Below, piece by piece: positions 8,725 through 17,595 of a stretch of DNA of 64,000 bases. How positions within the stretch are numbered: position 1 is the first letter of the stretch; every line of letters begins with the position of its first letter. Where the stretch lies: contig OY759726.1 in assembly GCA_963662625.1 (NCBI GenBank), forward strand, positions 160,001-224,000, given 5' to 3'. This stretch comes from Nitrosopumilus sp. GTDB taxonomy: Archaea; Thermoproteota; Nitrososphaeria; Nitrososphaerales; Nitrosopumilaceae. Below the pieces are notes generated by a model. It was not told the origin of the DNA. It saw only the letters and a list, made by a program, of their open reading frames with translations, and did no database searches. The position numbers were made by a program, and so were the translations under genes.

Positions 8725-11049
8725 TCACCCCTCCCCGCCGCCGAGGGGGAACGCCTTCCTGAGGGCGGCGTAGGATGCGAAGATCACGAACCCGGCCGCC
8801 ATCACCAGCCACACCAGCTCCGCAGACGAGTCCACCCTCTCGGCGAACGGCTCGGGGGACACCCCGGACTCCGGCTCCAGGTCGGCGACGGCGCTCCCCC
8901 CCCACACGTTCTCGAGCCTCAGCTCCCCGCCATGCCTGGCCACCAGCACGCAGGGGGGGTAGCACTCTACCTGAGACGCCACCTCGGCCCCGTCCACGGT
9001 GGCGCTCCTGACGGTGTTCATCCATTCCGGGGCGTGCACCCTCACGAGCCCCGCCTCCCCGTGCAGCCCCCGCATCCTCTCGGCCTCCAGCGGCGCCCCG
9101 GACTCCTGGGTGAGCATCTCCCTGTACCCGGCGGACTCGAACTCGAACATGAACCCCCTGTCGAGCCTCTCCGCGCCGGCGCCCATGACGGCGTGGTACC
9201 TGGCGTCCATGTCGAACGCGTCGTACCTGGTCATGTTGAGTATCCCGCCCTCGGGGACGTACCCGTGGGGGAACTCGAGGGCGGTCTTGTTCATCCACAT
9301 CGCGGCCTCCCCCGCCCCGGAGGCGCGGTTGAGCATCCCGTGCGTCTCGTCCCGGACCCCGGTGGCAAAGTGATCGTCGCCGGTGTCGTGGAGGGCCTTG
9401 GCGTACACGTACTCGTCGAGCATGACCACGACGTTGGAGCCGGGAGGCGGGAAGTCCGGGATGTTGCCGGCCGTGTTCGACACGTCCAGCACGTAGACCG
9501 CCGACGTCAGCTGGGTGGGCACCACCGCCCCGTCCCAGGAGTGCGCCGACATGTTGTACCAGTGGGCGAACGGGGAGTGGGGGTACTGGTACGTGTAGTT
9601 CCAGTTCCGGTACGACTCGTGCCCGGCCCAGCGGTCCGAGGCGATCTCGTTGTAGGTGGTGGCGTTGACGTACCATTTCTCGACGTTCTCCTGGAGCATC
9701 GCGATCGGGCTGAGCTCCTGGGCCAGCCGGAGTATGCCGTACCCGTCGCCGGTGAACATGGCGTGCTTGCCGCGGCTTTCCCACCTCGACTGGTCCGTCC
9801 CGTCGACGTGGCCGATGCCGTCCCACTCCAGGAGGGACCGGGGCACCGCTAGCGGGGGGTGGAGCGACTCGGAGTGCAGCGAGGTTTCCGGGTAGAAGGC
9901 GTTTATCCTAGCGCGCCTGTCTGGCTCGAGCGCGCCGCTGTCGCCGGGGCCGCTGCCGATCGAGCCGCCGTACCGGATGACCATCCCCTGCCTGTCGTCG
10001 TAGGCGTACTTTTTCCCGTCCCCCAGGACGGGGTACTCGTAGTGCTCGAAGACCGGGTCGTACCTGACGACCAGCTGCCTCTCGACGTTGGTGTGGGTGT
10101 TTATCACCCTCCCCTGGTTCAGGACCGTGACGCCGTAGGCGATGTCGTGCTCCCCGGCGTCGCCCACGGAAGTCGCGGCGTACGCGTACGCCCCCCCGCC
10201 GTTCTCGCAGGGGAGCCGGTACGGGAGGAAGCCTATCCCGGCGGCCGCGAACGGGTCGCCGCCGTCCACCTCCAGGGTCCCGGTCCCGGCGGCGTCGCAC
10301 TCGTAGCCCCCCTCCTCGGCCAGCGGCCGGAATTCGCGGTCGTACTCGAACGTTATGGTCCCCTCCCGCTCTGTCTTCCAGTCAAAGTCGGCCTCGTGCT
10401 CGATGGCTATGGGGTCCCAGGGGTAGTTGGTATGGTCCGCGTTGGCGGCCATGTACCCGTATGGATCCTCGATCACGTGCTCGGTGAACAGCGTCTCGGT
10501 GACCGGGGCCACGGTCGGCGGGCGGAGGGTGTCGCTCGCCGCCTTCCGGACGCACACCACGCTCCCGTTGTGGAAGTGCATCTCGCACGCCCTTATGGCG
10601 AGGGTGATGCTGCCGCACGCCTTGGCGTTCCCCCTGGCCCATCCGCCCTCCCCGCCGTACCCGAGCGCCCCGCGCCCCCCTCCGCCGTGGCAGTCGTTGG
10701 TGCCGGCGATCAGGGCCTCGGCGGTTCCTGAAGTCCCGCCCGTTATCCTGACCGCGCCGGAGGTCGACATGGAGGTGCTCCTGCTGGCGCACCCGTCGCT
10801 GAACCCGTAGTTGAAGGCGTACCTGACGGCGTCGCCCGGGTAAAGTGTGTTGCCGGGGTTGTTCCTGGGGTTCCCGGCGCCGTCGGTGACGTCGTAGTGG
10901 AGGGTCCCGCTGACCCACAGGCGGCACGGGTTCCCGGGCCTGTCGGCGTGCGCTTCCATGGGGGAGGGGAACGCGGCGAGGGCGCACGCCAGGGCCAGCG
11001 AGGCGCATGCCGCCAGCGCCGGGAGCGCGCCGCGGGGGGGCGGGGTCAT
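8725..11049 (-). CDS. Large secreted, C-terminally anchored surface protein
   Basis: Signal peptide (LACALAAFPSPMEAHA), C-terminal TM (LVWLVMAAGFVIFASY); ATGA overlap with upstream gene. Confidence 0.75.
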   Translation of the reverse strand: MTPPPRGALPALAACASLALACALAAFPSPMEAHADRPGNPCRLWVSGTLHYDVTDGAGNPRNNPGNTLYPGDAVRYAFNYGFSDGCASRSTSMSTSGAVRITGGTSGTAEALIAGTNDCHGGGGRGALGYGGEGGWARGNAKACGSITLAIRACEMHFHNGSVVCVRKAASDTLRPPTVAPVTETLFTEHVIEDPYGYMAANADHTNYPWDPIAIEHEADFDWKTEREGTITFEYDREFRPLAEEGGYECDAAGTGTLEVDGGDPFAAAGIGFLPYRLPCENGGGAYAYAATSVGDAGEHDIAYGVTVLNQGRVINTHTNVERQLVVRYDPVFEHYEYPVLGDGKKYAYDDRQGMVIRYGGSIGSGPGDSGALEPDRRARINAFYPETSLHSESLHPPLAVPRSLLEWDGIGHVDGTDQSRWESRGKHAMFTGDGYGILRLAQELSPIAMLQENVEKWYVNATTYNEIASDRWAGHESYRNWNYTYQYPHSPFAHWYNMSAHSWDGAVVPTQLTSAVYVLDVSNTAGNIPDFPPPGSNVVVMLDEYVYAKALHDTGDDHFATGVRDETHGMLNRASGAGEAAMWMNKTALEFPHGYVPEGGILNMTRYDAFDMDARYHAVMGAGAERLDRGFMFEFESAGYREMLTQESGAPLEAERMRGLHGEAGLVRVHAPEWMNTVRSATVDGAEVASQVECYPPCVLVARHGGELRLENVWGGSAVADLEPESGVSPEPFAERVDSSAELVWLVMAAGFVIFASYAALRKAFPLGGGEG

Positions 11050-13271
11050 GTGCAGGACGGCTGCCCCAGGGGCCTGTGCGTTCCAGCCGGGCATTTCTCA
11101 CACCCTGTCACCTGGTTTGGGTTGTGGTAGTCCTGACTGCATTCCACGCACTTGTGGCCCACCCCGGTCTGGATATCGCTGCAGTTGAGGCTTTTGCAGG
11201 ACTTGTCCCCCAAATTGCGATACTCGTCCTGCGCGCAAGGAACGCAGGAAGTGCCGGACGGCCTGTGGTAGTTTTTGGCGCACTCCGAGCACCCGTTGTT
11301 TCTTGGTTCCTGGTGGCCCTCGCAGACGGTTTCCGTGCATCCCGCCTCGCCCGCGCCCCGGCTCTCTGTGGCCGGGCATTTCACGCAGGATATTCCGGAC
11401 GGCCTGTGGTAGTTTTCGGCGCACTCCGAGCAGGTGTGGTTTGTCGGGTATTCATTGCCACTGCATTGCGTGTCCTGACATCCGTCCTGGCTGTAATAAT
11501 ACCTGTATTGGTGGCCGGGGCACGCCTCGCAACCTCCGCTTACAGTCTTCCGAGCCGTCTGTCCGGAACAAAGTGAGCATGACGTCCCGTCGCCATACGT
11601 CCCCTTTCCGCATTCCACGCATTTGTTCCCAACCGGACGGTGGTTTTTTGCACAGCTGACCGGGTTGATTGAGTCCTTGGTGCACGTCCCGCCGACGTCG
11701 CTGTACCCGGACTTGCAGACGCACACGTGGCCGACCGCCCTCTCGTTCGTGCCGCATGAAAGCGCGGTACAGGCGGTCTGGGATCCCGTCCTTTCCTCGT
11801 CGGCCGCGCACTCCGTGCAGGACGCGGCCGTCCCGCCGGCACTGACGTGGTGGTCGGCGCACGCAACGCACGAGCTGCCAGAAACGTACTCGTTGGCGCC
11901 GCAGGTGGTGGAGCTGCACGCCGGCGACCCTGCCGACCTGCTCTCCCCCTGCGGGCACGCCTCGCAGGCGGTCTTTCCCGCCGGCCTGTGCTGGTCTGCC
12001 GGGCATTCCGTGCAGGACGTGGCGCCGGCCGACGTGCTGTACTCGTGCCCCCCGCACTCGGAGCAGACGTGGACGTCAACGTGGTGGCTCCCGGCCGTGC
12101 AGGTGAACGCGGCGCAGGACGCGGCCGGCGGGATCCTCCGCTCCCCCGACGGGCACGCGGTGCACGTGCCCACGTTCCCCCCCGGGCTGGTCTGGTTGTC
12201 TGGGCAGGCGACGCACTGCCCGAACGATATCCTCTCGTTCGCTTGGCAGTTGAGGGGGGCGGCGCAGGCGGCGGAACCCTGCGGCCTCGTCTCCCCGGTC
12301 GGGCACGGGGCGCACGCGTCCGTCTTCCCCCCCGCGCTCTCGTGGTCGGCGGGGCACTCGACGCAGGCGTTCCCGACGTACTTTTGCGCGGTGGAGCAGT
12401 CCAGGTCGGTGCATGCCGAATGCACGCCATCCAGCCTCTCCTGCCCGTCCGGGCACTGGACGCACGGCGCCGAGCCCCCCTGGCTGACGTGGTGGTCGGC
12501 GCAAGCCACGCACGAGTTCCCGGTCACCTTCTCGTTGGCGCCGCACGTGAACGCGGCGCAGGACGCGCCGGCGGCGCTCTTCTGGCCTGCCGGGCACGGG
12601 GCGCACGAGGCGTCCCCGGGCCCCCTTTCCGTGTTCGCCTGGCAGTTCGTGCACGCCGAGCCGCCTGGGAGCCTGTGCTGGTTGGCGGGGCACTCCACGC
12701 AGGCCGTCCCGGGGCGGTGCTCGTTGGAGGCGCACTTTGGGAGGCACGCCGGCGGGTTCCCGACCGGGTCGTGGGTGCCGGGGCACGACGTTATGCAGGC
12801 CGGGCCGGACGCCCCCTCCACCCTGACGATCTCTCCGGCCGGCGTGGAGAGGAGGAGCGTCTCCCCGCAGGCTATCCCGGAATACGATACCTTCCCGAAG
12901 GACTGGCTGGGGATCACGCCGGAGGCCCCCCCCACGTCTGACATGGACAGCCTGGACTGGTCCCCGGGGCGGACGTTCCCGGCCTGGTCGGCCACGTACA
13001 CCCCAAAGTCCGACTTTGCCAGGTCGGAGTCCCTGGAATAGTTGTGGAGGACGAACGTCCTCTGCCCGAACTCGGATATCGTGTTGGAGACCGCCATCAT
13101 CTCGCTCGCCCTCATGCGGGAGACCTCAGCCCTGTCCACTATCAGTTCCCCGACGTCCTCCCCCTGCTCCGAGTAGGTGGCGAAGAGGAACGAGCCGATC
13201 ACGGCCGACGCGGCTATTATAATCACGGCCGAGAGCACCTCGGAGACCCCCAGGACGCGCCCCCTGGTCAT
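11046..13271 (-). CDS. Type IV pilin-like protein fused to a long Cys-rich tandem-repeat stalk (putative adhesin)
   Basis: MTRGRVLG/VSEVLSAVIIIA class III signal; about 550 aa of CxxCP..H/E.S/R....C repeats; ATGA overlap. Confidence 0.8.
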   Translation of the reverse strand: MTRGRVLGVSEVLSAVIIIAASAVIGSFLFATYSEQGEDVGELIVDRAEVSRMRASEMMAVSNTISEFGQRTFVLHNYSRDSDLAKSDFGVYVADQAGNVRPGDQSRLSMSDVGGASGVIPSQSFGKVSYSGIACGETLLLSTPAGEIVRVEGASGPACITSCPGTHDPVGNPPACLPKCASNEHRPGTACVECPANQHRLPGGSACTNCQANTERGPGDASCAPCPAGQKSAAGASCAAFTCGANEKVTGNSCVACADHHVSQGGSAPCVQCPDGQERLDGVHSACTDLDCSTAQKYVGNACVECPADHESAGGKTDACAPCPTGETRPQGSAACAAPLNCQANERISFGQCVACPDNQTSPGGNVGTCTACPSGERRIPPAASCAAFTCTAGSHHVDVHVCSECGGHEYSTSAGATSCTECPADQHRPAGKTACEACPQGESRSAGSPACSSTTCGANEYVSGSSCVACADHHVSAGGTAASCTECAADEERTGSQTACTALSCGTNERAVGHVCVCKSGYSDVGGTCTKDSINPVSCAKNHRPVGNKCVECGKGTYGDGTSCSLCSGQTARKTVSGGCEACPGHQYRYYYSQDGCQDTQCSGNEYPTNHTCSECAENYHRPSGISCVKCPATESRGAGEAGCTETVCEGHQEPRNNGCSECAKNYHRPSGTSCVPCAQDEYRNLGDKSCKSLNCSDIQTGVGHKCVECSQDYHNPNQVTGCEKCPAGTHRPLGQPSCT
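11255..11432. repeat. Near-identical direct repeat units inside the Cys-rich adhesin (about 11255-11291 and 11396-11432)
   Basis: CGGACGGCCTGTGGTAGTTTT(T/C)GGCGCACTCCGAGCA twice, encoding CSECA(K/E)NYHRPS; a second pair (SCVACADHHVS) near 11843 and 12485. Confidence 0.8.
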
Positions 13272-13999
13272 CGCTCCCTCACCATGGCCGGGCGCGCCGT
13301 CCCCGCCGAGTCGCCCTCGACCGTCACCGTCACGTACTCCCCGCCCCACGCCGGGGACGCCAGCGTCGCCATCCCGCGGTACGATATCGCCGACATGGTG
13401 TCAAGGTGCCGGATCATGGCCGGGGGGACCGGGTTCCCGTCGGGATCCGTGAGCCTGGAATTTGCGGTCTGGATCTGCAGGCCGCCCCCGACCACCAGGT
13501 TCCCAGGGGAATTCGTCCTCACCTCCATCTCCACGATGGCGGATCTGGCCCCGGGCCCGAACACCGTCACCTCCAGCCTCTCCACCTCGACGTAGTCCTG
13601 CTCGGCGGGGTCGATCTGGGACATGGCGATCTGGAAGAATGCCGCCCCGGCCGCGGCGGCGATCCCGATCAGGATCATTGTCCCCAGGATCGACGACACC
13701 GCCGCCACCCTGTCCCTCACCGGCCTCGTCAGCCTGACCCAGTTGCGGAATATCATCTTGAGCGCCGTCCTGTCGCCGTCCGCGCCGCGCATCTCGTAGA
13801 GCTCCATCAGGTACTCGCCGTCGGAGTTCTTGGACACCGTCCTCACCCGGAACACCATGTCCGTGCGGGTGTTGTGCGCCAGCATCCCCACCTCCGAGTC
13901 CCCGGCTCCGGAGATTATTCCGGCCATCTCCTTCTCCGGGAGAGTGACTATCCCGCAGACCCGCTGGAAGTTGGAGTACCGCTTGTTCTTCCTTTTCAC
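13268..13999 (-). CDS. Archaeal type IV pilin-like protein with N-terminal extension
   Basis: Internal RDRVAA/VSSILGTMILIGIAAAAG pilin N-terminal motif; GTG 13999 fits TTATAT box at 14021-14026; alternative ATG 13756. Confidence 0.65.
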   Translation of the reverse strand: MKRKNKRYSNFQRVCGIVTLPEKEMAGIISGAGDSEVGMLAHNTRTDMVFRVRTVSKNSDGEYLMELYEMRGADGDRTALKMIFRNWVRLTRPVRDRVAAVSSILGTMILIGIAAAAGAAFFQIAMSQIDPAEQDYVEVERLEVTVFGPGARSAIVEMEVRTNSPGNLVVGGGLQIQTANSRLTDPDGNPVPPAMIRHLDTMSAISYRGMATLASPAWGGEYVTVTVEGDSAGTARPAMVRER

Positions 14000-14035
14000 C
14001 CAAAAAAGCAGCATCCAGCGATATAAGGGGGGGAG

Positions 14036-17000
14036 TCACGACTCCTTGGCCCTCCTCTCGATCTCCTCGAGTATGGCGGGGTGGTGCACCTTCTGGGTGT
14101 CGTCGCAGAACATGGCCGACAGCGCCTCGATGGTGAAGTTCTTCACGTCAAAGTCGTCCATGGCGACCATCCTCCCCCTGGAACCGTGCACGTCCCCCAC
14201 CCCGTACTCCGGGGCCTTCTCGTCCCCCACGTCGTATGGATCCTCCCGGCCGGCGGCCGCGCCGGGCGGGCCTGGACGCCCTCCCCCGGCCCGGGGTTCC
14301 GGCGCGTCCCCCGCCGGGGCGGCCTTCCAGCCCGGCGCCGCCGGCGGTTCCCGCCGTCCGGCGGATCCGGGGTCCCCAGCTTCCTGATCCCCCCGGCCTT
14401 CCCCGCCGGGGGCCGGCGGGGCCGGGTCAGCCAGCAGGGCCCCGGAATCCGGGGTGTCGTCCGCGGCCCCCGGCGGCCTGGGTTTCCCGCCCCGGGGGCC
14501 ATCCCGCCGGCGGCCCCTCCTGGCCACCCCTCCCATGTGGCCCGACGCCGCGCCGCCGGCCGGCTCGAGGGGCGTGGCCAGCGCCCCCTGGCCCCCGCCG
14601 GCCATGTCCTCGCCCTCCCACGGGTCGTCCGGGACCTCCACGGAGGGGAGCAGGTCGCCGTCGCAGAACCTGCAGGGGCCCCGCTCCCCGTCCCAGCCGT
14701 GGACGTGCATCTCCCTGCCGGCCAGGCGCACGGCGTCGGCCGCAGCGAGGTCCCCCTCGGCGTGCTGCCACCTCGGGGCCTCCCACGAGTCCACCTGCTC
14801 GCCGTCGCCGTCGCAGGCGTGGCAGGGGTCGGCAAAGTCCTCGGGGTGCGAGTGCAGCCTGTTCATCACCTCCTCCTCGATGTCCATGGCGACCTTCCCC
14901 ACGTCCAAGTTCCTCCTGGCCTCCTCCCTCTCCCTGCGGGCGGCCTCGGTGTTGTTTGGATCGTACATCGCCTCCAGGTCCGTGGGCTGCACCGTCTCCC
15001 CGATGTCCCGCTCCTCCCCCTCCCACACAGGCTCCAGCACCTTGACCTTCTTGGTCGTGCGGTGCTCCCCGGTTCCGTCGGTCCTGGTGACCCGCTCCTG
15101 GGTGATCCTGTACACCACCCTGACCAGGCCGTAGGAATGGAGCCGCCGGACGGCCTGCTTCACCTCGGACAGCGGCGGCCCGCCGACCCTGGAGGCGATC
15201 ATCTTCCAGTCGCAGACCCCTATGTTGAACCGCCGGATCCCGTCGAGGATCCTGTAGTCTAGCTCCGGCAGCCTGATCACCTTCCCCCTGCGGCGCACCT
15301 TCACGTCCGGGCCGACGTGGTCCGTCCCGGTGGTGCCGACGAACGCCCCGCCGGCCCTCTTCCTGGCAAGCTCGTTCTGCACCCTCATCGACTCGCGGGA
15401 GACGTGGGTGCTCGGCTCCCTCCTGGTGGCCATCTCGTCCTCCGTGACCCCCACGACCTCCAGCATGTCCTTGACCCTCACCCCGGAGAATGACTCGTCG
15501 TAGGTGTCTGGGATCCCGTCCTCCCCCCGCGCCGTCCTGGAATAGTTTATCACGTCCATCCTGCAGCGCTCGAACCCGGGGTACTCCTTCCGTATGGCCT
15601 CCTCGAGCGCCTCCCTCCCCTCCGCGGAGAAGCAGACGAACCAGACGTCGTACCCCCTCTCCACGTTCTTGGAGTAGTTCCGCACCGAGTGCTCCATGTG
15701 CTTGGTGGGGTCGGTCTCGACCTCGACCGCGAGCCTGCCCTTCTCGTTCCACCTGTGCGGGTCGAACCTGAGGTTGTCGAACTTGTCGGTGACCGTCTCG
15801 GGCTCGATGACCAGGAGGTCGGGCATCTCCCTGGACGAGTCCCCGGTGTCCGGGATGCAGTACCTGTGCTTGCGCATGTTGGCCTCGGCGATGGAGAAGA
15901 CTATCTCCATGTGGTCCTCGCCCCCGGCCCTCCTGCCACCGTACGCCTTGGATAGGTACGTGGACTCGGCCTTCTGCCCCAGCACGTACCTCTTGCGGTC
16001 CTCGTTCTGGTCGCCGTCGTCGGCCATGGGGTACCTTATGGTGACGAACCTGTCCCGGGTCAGCTTGTCGATCGCCGCGGAGACGTGCTTCTGCAGCACC
16101 CCCGGGAAGACGATCCCGGCCCTGTGCAGTATCTCCTCGCGGTACCAGTCCCGCCGGTCAAAGTGCATCATGTGGATTATGCACGCCTCGAGGGGGGTGA
16201 ACATCAGCCTGCCCAGGCCCGCCCTCGGGATGTACTTTTCCACGTTGACCTCCTTGCCCCACCTCTCGGCCGACCTCGCGGCGACCTTCTTCCAGTCCCA
16301 GGTCTGGCTTCCTGGGAACGGCACGGGCCTGGAGCGGAGTATGGCGTTGGCCGCCGCGCCCCCCTCGTCGCTGAACATGGCGAAGAGGTGCTTGGGGAGC
16401 CTCTGCATCTCCTCGGCGGAGACGGACATGACGGCCCTCAGCAGGTTGGCGGTGTTGAAGTCGCACCTGCTGGTCACTATGGTCTTGCACGTCCCCGGTA
16501 TCTCCTGGGCGAACTCCTGCTCGTAGGCGTTGGAGGTCTGCGTGGCCAGCGTCATCTTCACGCCGAACTTGCGGAGGGCCCTGAGCATCTCGGACATCGT
16601 GGAGTTGCTGAACATGTGCGCCTCGTCGACGTAGACGTAGAAGGGGTTGTCGTCCTCGGACTCCGTCCCCTTGACGTCCAGCCTCTTCTTGGCGTCCACG
16701 TACAGCATGTTGAGGAATATGCTGCCCAGGAACTTGGCGATGTCGTCGGACGCCCCCGTGGAGAGGTCCACCACCAGCATCTTCCTCTCGTGCATGACGT
16801 CGTGGATGGATATGCTGGACTTCGTGGTGTCGAAGATCGCCGCCACCGTCGGGGTGGACAGTATCTTGTCTATCTTGTTGTACGCCGACGATCCGGCGTC
16901 CTTGGAGTACTGCTTGGCGAATATCTCGGTCCAGAAGTGCTTTACGTTGGGGGAGGAGACGTTCTCGAGTATCTCGTTGCGGGCGTGCTCGTCGGTGATC

Positions 17001-17593
17001 ATCGCCGAGATGTTGCCCAGCGTGTTGTTGCCCTCGGACTCCACCAGGGCGTTGGCGGCGTTCCTCAGCACCGTCTCCAGCCTGGGGCCCCACGACTCCG
17101 AGTACAGGTTGAACAGCGCCGAGACGAAGCTCATCACCACCACGTACCTCTCGTCCTCGTTGGCCACCTCCAGCGGGTTGACCTGTATCGTCCTGCCGTA
17201 CCGGTACAGCGACGCCGGGTTGACGTATATCACGTCGTCCCACCTGTCCGGCGGGACCATGCTCATAACGTCGCGCGCCAGCGAGCCGTGCGGGTCCAGC
17301 ACCATGAAGCCGTTGCCGCGCGATATGTTCTGGTAGATCAGCAGCTTCAGCAGCGACGACTTTCCGTAGCCGGGGGATCCGAAGATGGCCATGTGGACGC
17401 GCTCGCCCGCCGAGATGCCGTACGCCTTGTTGGCGTCGGCCTTCACGGCGGCCTGGGAGGGATCCCCGTACTTGAAGCCGATGTAGTCGACGTCCCCATT
17501 CCGCTCCCCCCCGGCTGCCCTCCTGGCCTTGGGAGGGGGCTTCCTGCTCCCGGCGATCCTCCCCAGGATCCGGGAGACCCTGCCGCCGCCCAT
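14036..17593 (-). CDS. virD4: VirD4/TraD-like coupling ATPase with C-terminal wHTH, PD-(D/E)xK-like and Zn-binding regions
   Basis: GSPGYGKS Walker A, VLDPHG, WGPRLE..LRNA, YVDEAH Walker B, LRKFGV..TLATQ; start re-set to ATG 17593 just after TadC-like stop. Confidence 0.8.
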   Translation of the reverse strand: MGGGRVSRILGRIAGSRKPPPKARRAAGGERNGDVDYIGFKYGDPSQAAVKADANKAYGISAGERVHMAIFGSPGYGKSSLLKLLIYQNISRGNGFMVLDPHGSLARDVMSMVPPDRWDDVIYVNPASLYRYGRTIQVNPLEVANEDERYVVVMSFVSALFNLYSESWGPRLETVLRNAANALVESEGNNTLGNISAMITDEHARNEILENVSSPNVKHFWTEIFAKQYSKDAGSSAYNKIDKILSTPTVAAIFDTTKSSISIHDVMHERKMLVVDLSTGASDDIAKFLGSIFLNMLYVDAKKRLDVKGTESEDDNPFYVYVDEAHMFSNSTMSEMLRALRKFGVKMTLATQTSNAYEQEFAQEIPGTCKTIVTSRCDFNTANLLRAVMSVSAEEMQRLPKHLFAMFSDEGGAAANAILRSRPVPFPGSQTWDWKKVAARSAERWGKEVNVEKYIPRAGLGRLMFTPLEACIIHMMHFDRRDWYREEILHRAGIVFPGVLQKHVSAAIDKLTRDRFVTIRYPMADDGDQNEDRKRYVLGQKAESTYLSKAYGGRRAGGEDHMEIVFSIAEANMRKHRYCIPDTGDSSREMPDLLVIEPETVTDKFDNLRFDPHRWNEKGRLAVEVETDPTKHMEHSVRNYSKNVERGYDVWFVCFSAEGREALEEAIRKEYPGFERCRMDVINYSRTARGEDGIPDTYDESFSGVRVKDMLEVVGVTEDEMATRREPSTHVSRESMRVQNELARKRAGGAFVGTTGTDHVGPDVKVRRRGKVIRLPELDYRILDGIRRFNIGVCDWKMIASRVGGPPLSEVKQAVRRLHSYGLVRVVYRITQERVTRTDGTGEHRTTKKVKVLEPVWEGEERDIGETVQPTDLEAMYDPNNTEAARREREEARRNLDVGKVAMDIEEEVMNRLHSHPEDFADPCHACDGDGEQVDSWEAPRWQHAEGDLAAADAVRLAGREMHVHGWDGERGPCRFCDGDLLPSVEVPDDPWEGEDMAGGGQGALATPLEPAGGAASGHMGGVARRGRRRDGPRGGKPRPPGAADDTPDSGALLADPAPPAPGGEGRGDQEAGDPGSAGRREPPAAPGWKAAPAGDAPEPRAGGGRPGPPGAAAGREDPYDVGDEKAPEYGVGDVHGSRGRMVAMDDFDVKNFTIEALSAMFCDDTQKVHHPAILEEIERRAKES

Positions 17594-17595
17594 GC

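Noticed and set aside
11046-12800. Repeats resembling a CRISPR array or DGR template/variable pair
   Set aside because: Repeats are in-frame coding units; no reverse transcriptase and no adenine-specific mismatch pattern seen
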